Origin: a virus
Lineage: Duplodnaviria > Caudoviricetes
Direction: 5' to 3' (one strand)
Virus record (IMG/VR): IMGVR_UViG_3300033076_000668
Coordinates: 1-37,672 of that record
Length of the DNA stretch: 37,672 nucleotides
A program made the position numbers and the translations under genes. The notes below the pieces were generated by a model. It was given only the letters and a program-made list of their open reading frames with translations. It did not search any database and had not been told where the DNA came from. Shown here one piece after another: positions 34,720 to 37,672 of this stretch (position 1 is the first letter of the stretch; the number at the start of each line of letters is the position of its first letter).

Positions 34720-34953
34720 TCAAGCTGGTTTCCCAGCACTCTTCGAGGGGCTTGTCCGAACAGTAGTCGGGGCCAGTTTGCCTTCTTTCTGGCTGTCAGC
34801 CGGCCCGGTAAGGGTTGTCGGCACAGCGACCCCACCGACCCAGGCCAAATACTCTCTGGCCATTGCGATCACCTCTTGAGGTGAGCGGTCGGCGCGGTGC
34901 GCCAGTTTCAAACATTCTAGCCGAATCTCGGCGTCGTGTTGAGGATTTTTCAT
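34720..34953 (-). CDS. Small protein between scaffold and capsid
   Basis: EIRLECLKLAHR...AREYLAWV. Its 3' half overlaps the RNA hairpins. Confidence 0.6.
   Translation of the reverse strand: MKNPQHDAEIRLECLKLAHRADRSPQEVIAMAREYLAWVGGVAVPTTLTGPADSQKEGKLAPTTVRTSPSKSAGKPA
34749..34827 (-). promoter_or_regulatory. Twin hairpins with GACAA/CC internal loops upstream of the MCP (candidate translational operator)
   Basis: GCC-GACAA-CCC..GGG-CC-GGC (within 34827-34792) and GGC-CC-CGA..TCG-GACAA-GCC (34774-34749). Confidence 0.5.
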
Positions 34954-34972
34954 AATCGTTGATCAATTCACA

Positions 34973-35875
34973 TCACATTTCAGCCGGATAGGCGATGCCC
35001 ATGAGGCGCTGCATCTCGGCTTTCGCGTCGGCATTGCCGTTGAGGTATTTCGACGTCCATTCCTTGTCCTGCTGCAGCGTGCTGATGCGCTGCTTGGCAG
35101 CCTCTGGTGTCATGCCGAAGCTCTGGGTGTTCTGGCCACCCTCGAAGGTGTGCTCGGTGAGCCCGCGGCCAATCTTGGCCATGAACTCCAGCATGCCCTT
35201 CGTGCCCCATGCCTGCTCGAGGCCCTCGAGCTTGGCCTGGTCCAAACCGAACTCACGCACGGCGCGCTGGCCCAGGTTGATGTTCTCGTCGTAGGCCTGG
35301 CCCCATTCGCTCTTGAGCGCCTGCATCTCCTGGATGGTGCGCTCGGCTGTCTGCGTCTGCTGGCTGTTTTCCAGCGCTGCGTAGTGTGAATTCCACCATT
35401 CGGCCAGAGCTGTGGCCTGCTGCTGGCTGATGCCGAGCTCGTGGAACTTCGCCGAGGTCATCTTGGCAAACTCGCCGCTGTCGCCTTCGGGCACAGGCAG
35501 CTTGTATTCTTCGGGGCTCTTGGGTCGGCCCATGGCGTCATAGACGCGAGCCCATCCATCTTTGTCATCGGGGCCCTTGGGCATGGGCAGCTTCTCGCCG
35601 CCCAGAAGTTTCTCGAGGTTCTTGTAGCCATTGGCCAGCTCGACTGGATCTTTCCAGCCCTTGTTCTGGACGTAGCCCTTGAGGTCGGCGTCCTCGATGC
35701 CGTCATACCAGTTGCCTGATGCTGGCGGTGTCGACTTGCCGATGTCGCCTGTCGCTGCGCCTGATGCGCCTGTCGTGCCTGTGGTTGAAGCGGCTGGATC
35801 GCCACCGGTTGCGGCAGCGTTATCGCCTGCCGGGTTGCCTGCTAAAACAGCAGACCCGCTTGATGCTCCGGACAT
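34973..35875 (-). CDS. Capsid scaffolding/assembly protein
   Basis: Low-complexity N-terminus, YKNLEKLLG, GRPKSPEEY, LKSEWG. AAGGAG RBS before ATG 35875. Lies between portal and MCP. Confidence 0.82.
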   Translation of the reverse strand: MSGASSGSAVLAGNPAGDNAAATGGDPAASTTGTTGASGAATGDIGKSTPPASGNWYDGIEDADLKGYVQNKGWKDPVELANGYKNLEKLLGGEKLPMPKGPDDKDGWARVYDAMGRPKSPEEYKLPVPEGDSGEFAKMTSAKFHELGISQQQATALAEWWNSHYAALENSQQTQTAERTIQEMQALKSEWGQAYDENINLGQRAVREFGLDQAKLEGLEQAWGTKGMLEFMAKIGRGLTEHTFEGGQNTQSFGMTPEAAKQRISTLQQDKEWTSKYLNGNADAKAEMQRLMGIAYPAEM

Positions 35876-35891
35876 GAAAACTCCTTGAGGT

Positions 35892-36089
35892 TTAAGTGGC
35901 GCGGCCGACGAGCGATTTGCCGTCGATGCCGTCTGCCTGGTCATCTTCGATCGTCCAGGTGATCTGGTCGGTCGATAGATTCAGCTCTGCAGCGATGGCT
36001 GCAAAGTCGCCCTCGAGCGAGAATTCCTCGCCATGGGGCTTGAAGATCTTTTTGCCTGCGTTGGCAGCGTCTTGGATCACGAGTGACAT
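35892..36089 (-). CDS. Hypothetical acidic protein (65 aa)
   Basis: AGGAGG RBS before ATG 36089. Confidence 0.65.
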   Translation of the reverse strand: MSLVIQDAANAGKKIFKPHGEEFSLEGDFAAIAAELNLSTDQITWTIEDDQADGIDGKSLVGRAT

Positions 36090-36103
36090 GGTGTCCTCCT
36101 GTT

Positions 36104-36544
36104 TCACGAATAGAACTTGAGCTTGTTGAGCACCGAGTAGACGAGACGCTCGATCTCATCGATCTGGTTCTGCAGATAGGTGTCTGGCGCCACCTGGGCG
36201 CGACGTGCCTGGATGTAGGCAGCCAGGTTCTTGGTCAGCGCCAGCGCGTCGTTGTGCTCTGGCATCTTCACCTGGGTGGGGTAGTCCAGCACCAGGCCAT
36301 ACTTGCCCTGGTAGCTTTCGATCAGCTCGTCGACGTGGCCAGGCAGCTCCTTGTAGAGCTCATCGAGTGCCAGGTGCTCGGCGATCGAGCGCGTGTTGAG
36401 GTGGAGCTGGTGCGCGATCACAGCCGCCTGCAGCAGCACGAAGAAAAACTCGTGCGCGGCGCCATTGCTGCTCACTTCGCTCGAGCTGCCATAGTAGTTG
36501 TCTTCGTCGTTGTCGTTGGCCGAGGCCACAGGATTAGTTGCCAT
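36104..36544 (-). CDS. Ferritin-like (Dps-like) four-helix bundle protein
   Basis: AHQLHLNT...EHLALDELY...VDELIESYQG has the Dps H...H...D...DxxxE ligand spacing. Confidence 0.75.
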   Translation of the reverse strand: MATNPVASANDNDEDNYYGSSSEVSSNGAAHEFFFVLLQAAVIAHQLHLNTRSIAEHLALDELYKELPGHVDELIESYQGKYGLVLDYPTQVKMPEHNDALALTKNLAAYIQARRAQVAPDTYLQNQIDEIERLVYSVLNKLKFYS

Positions 36545-36836
36545 CGCTCGGCTCCTCCAGGTTGAACACTTGTTTCTCGTCGATGTGCAGGTGCGCCATC
36601 AGACGCATCCACACCTCGCGCCGGCCTTCGGCCATGCCCATCGCGATCGGGTCGATCGACTTGGTGATGGGTGACACCGTGACGGTGGTGGACGTGGCAC
36701 GGCAAAACTTTTTGAGGTCGGCCAGCACGATCTCGCCATGCCGGCTGATGTTGCCGTCTGCATCCATGAACACGCTGCGGTAGGCGTGCTTGCGGTTCAG
36801 GATGCGCTGGACGGCCTTGGTCAGGTTGCTGATCAT
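36534..36836 (-). CDS. Bbp19-like phage protein
   Basis: YRSVF...GEIVLADL..FC...AEGRREVWMRL. Immediately after the portal. Confidence 0.75.
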   Translation of the reverse strand: MISNLTKAVQRILNRKHAYRSVFMDADGNISRHGEIVLADLKKFCRATSTTVTVSPITKSIDPIAMGMAEGRREVWMRLMAHLHIDEKQVFNLEEPSDGN

Positions 36837-37672
36837 GTCGGAAAGATCCCAGGTGCTTGCTGTGCAGGGTTAGCGCCGGCGAGGCTCTGAGCCTGCGCCA
36901 GGTCCTTGACGACACCAGAGGCCACCGGAGCTGCAGCCAGGAGCTGCTGGGCCTGTGCGGCCTGCGCCTGTGCGTCCTCCATGGCCTGGATCTCGTCGCT
37001 CGAGCGCAGCACCTTGGCCGGCACGCCGTTGATGTCGGCGAGCTCGCGGGCAACCATCTCGGGGTTGAAGATCATCATGACCTTGGGGTCGATCTGCGCC
37101 AGCGGCGTGATGGCCTGCAAGGTGTTCATGATGGCCACACCCTCGTCGGCACGCTGGGCACGGTTCAGCGGTGAGCTGTATTCGATCTCGACCTGGCCAC
37201 CGTATTCCTTCATCACGTCGGGCATCGGTGGCAGAGCACCGGCACGCGCCAGGATGTCGAGCTCGCGCTCGATCAGCGGTCCCAAGAATTCGGACTGCTG
37301 GCGCCCCATGGTGGGAGCGAGCAGCGCGCCCTTCTCCTGCGCACGCAGCATGGCCTCGGTGGCCGTCATCTGCGGTGCGTCGACCAGGATCTGGAACAGC
37401 GTGACCAGGAAGGCGTCGTTGATGACCTTGCGGCGCTGGTCCATCATCTCGAGGCCGATGTCCACGCGGGCATTGGTCTGCAGCGCGTGCACGAGCTGGT
37501 TGCCCTGCTCGTTGACGCCACCGTAGTTCAGCGCACCAGGTCGCAGATCGAAGGCAGCGAGCGCGCCGTCTTCCTGCAGCAGCAGCGGTGGATCGACGAT
37601 CTTGTGGGCTGCGCGGATCACCGTCTTGCTCATCTCGTTGAGCATCTTGATGTCGGGCAGCACGGTCATGGC
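36833..37672 (-). CDS. Portal protein, 3' part (continuation of 896..1)
   Basis: DPPLL, PGALNY, QMTATEAMLRAQEKGALLAP..GRQQSEFLGPLIER, IEYSSPLNRAQ. Confidence 0.93.
   Translation of the reverse strand, partial: AMTVLPDIKMLNEMSKTVIRAAHKIVDPPLLLQEDGALAAFDLRPGALNYGGVNEQGNQLVHALQTNARVDIGLEMMDQRRKVINDAFLVTLFQILVDAPQMTATEAMLRAQEKGALLAPTMGRQQSEFLGPLIERELDILARAGALPPMPDVMKEYGGQVEIEYSSPLNRAQRADEGVAIMNTLQAITPLAQIDPKVMMIFNPEMVARELADINGVPAKVLRSSDEIQAMEDAQAQAAQAQQLLAAAPVASGVVKDLAQAQSLAGANPAQQAPGIFPT
37593..37672. repeat. Terminal direct repeat (circular assembly overlap), right copy
   Basis: Matches 1-80 with one mismatch. Confidence 0.97.

Overview
This window is an apparently complete, circularly assembled genome (about 37,592 bp) of a GC-rich temperate podovirus. 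Positions 1-80 repeat at 37593-37672, and the portal gene is split across that junction. The virion module is T7/BPP-1/epsilon15-like: terminases, portal, scaffold, capsid, tail tubes A and B, internal (ejected) virion proteins and tail fibre. It is joined to a lambdoid early region: cI/cro switch, RusA, SSB, DUF1376 initiator with iterons, YqaJ/RecT, excisionase-like HTH and tyrosine integrase. An intact attP carries the 3' half of tRNA-Pro(GGG). About 31 kb is transcribed on the minus strand, and 7472-14138 is on the plus strand. I saw no RNA polymerase, DNA polymerase, reverse transcriptase/DGR or CRISPR array. The most unusual items are: (1) a 1248-aa internal virion protein with an HExxH metallopeptidase motif and an HhH-GPD (Ogg-like) DNA glycosylase/lyase motif; (2) a GH108 muramidase embedded in a second internal protein; (3) a Dps/ferritin-like gene in the head module; (4) a pseudoknotted, terminator-like RNA leader before the replication initiator; (5) twin C-loop-like hairpins before the capsid gene; and (6) a 17-bp operator recurring at the cro, early, integrase and terminase promoters. 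All family calls come from motif recognition by eye, not from database searches.
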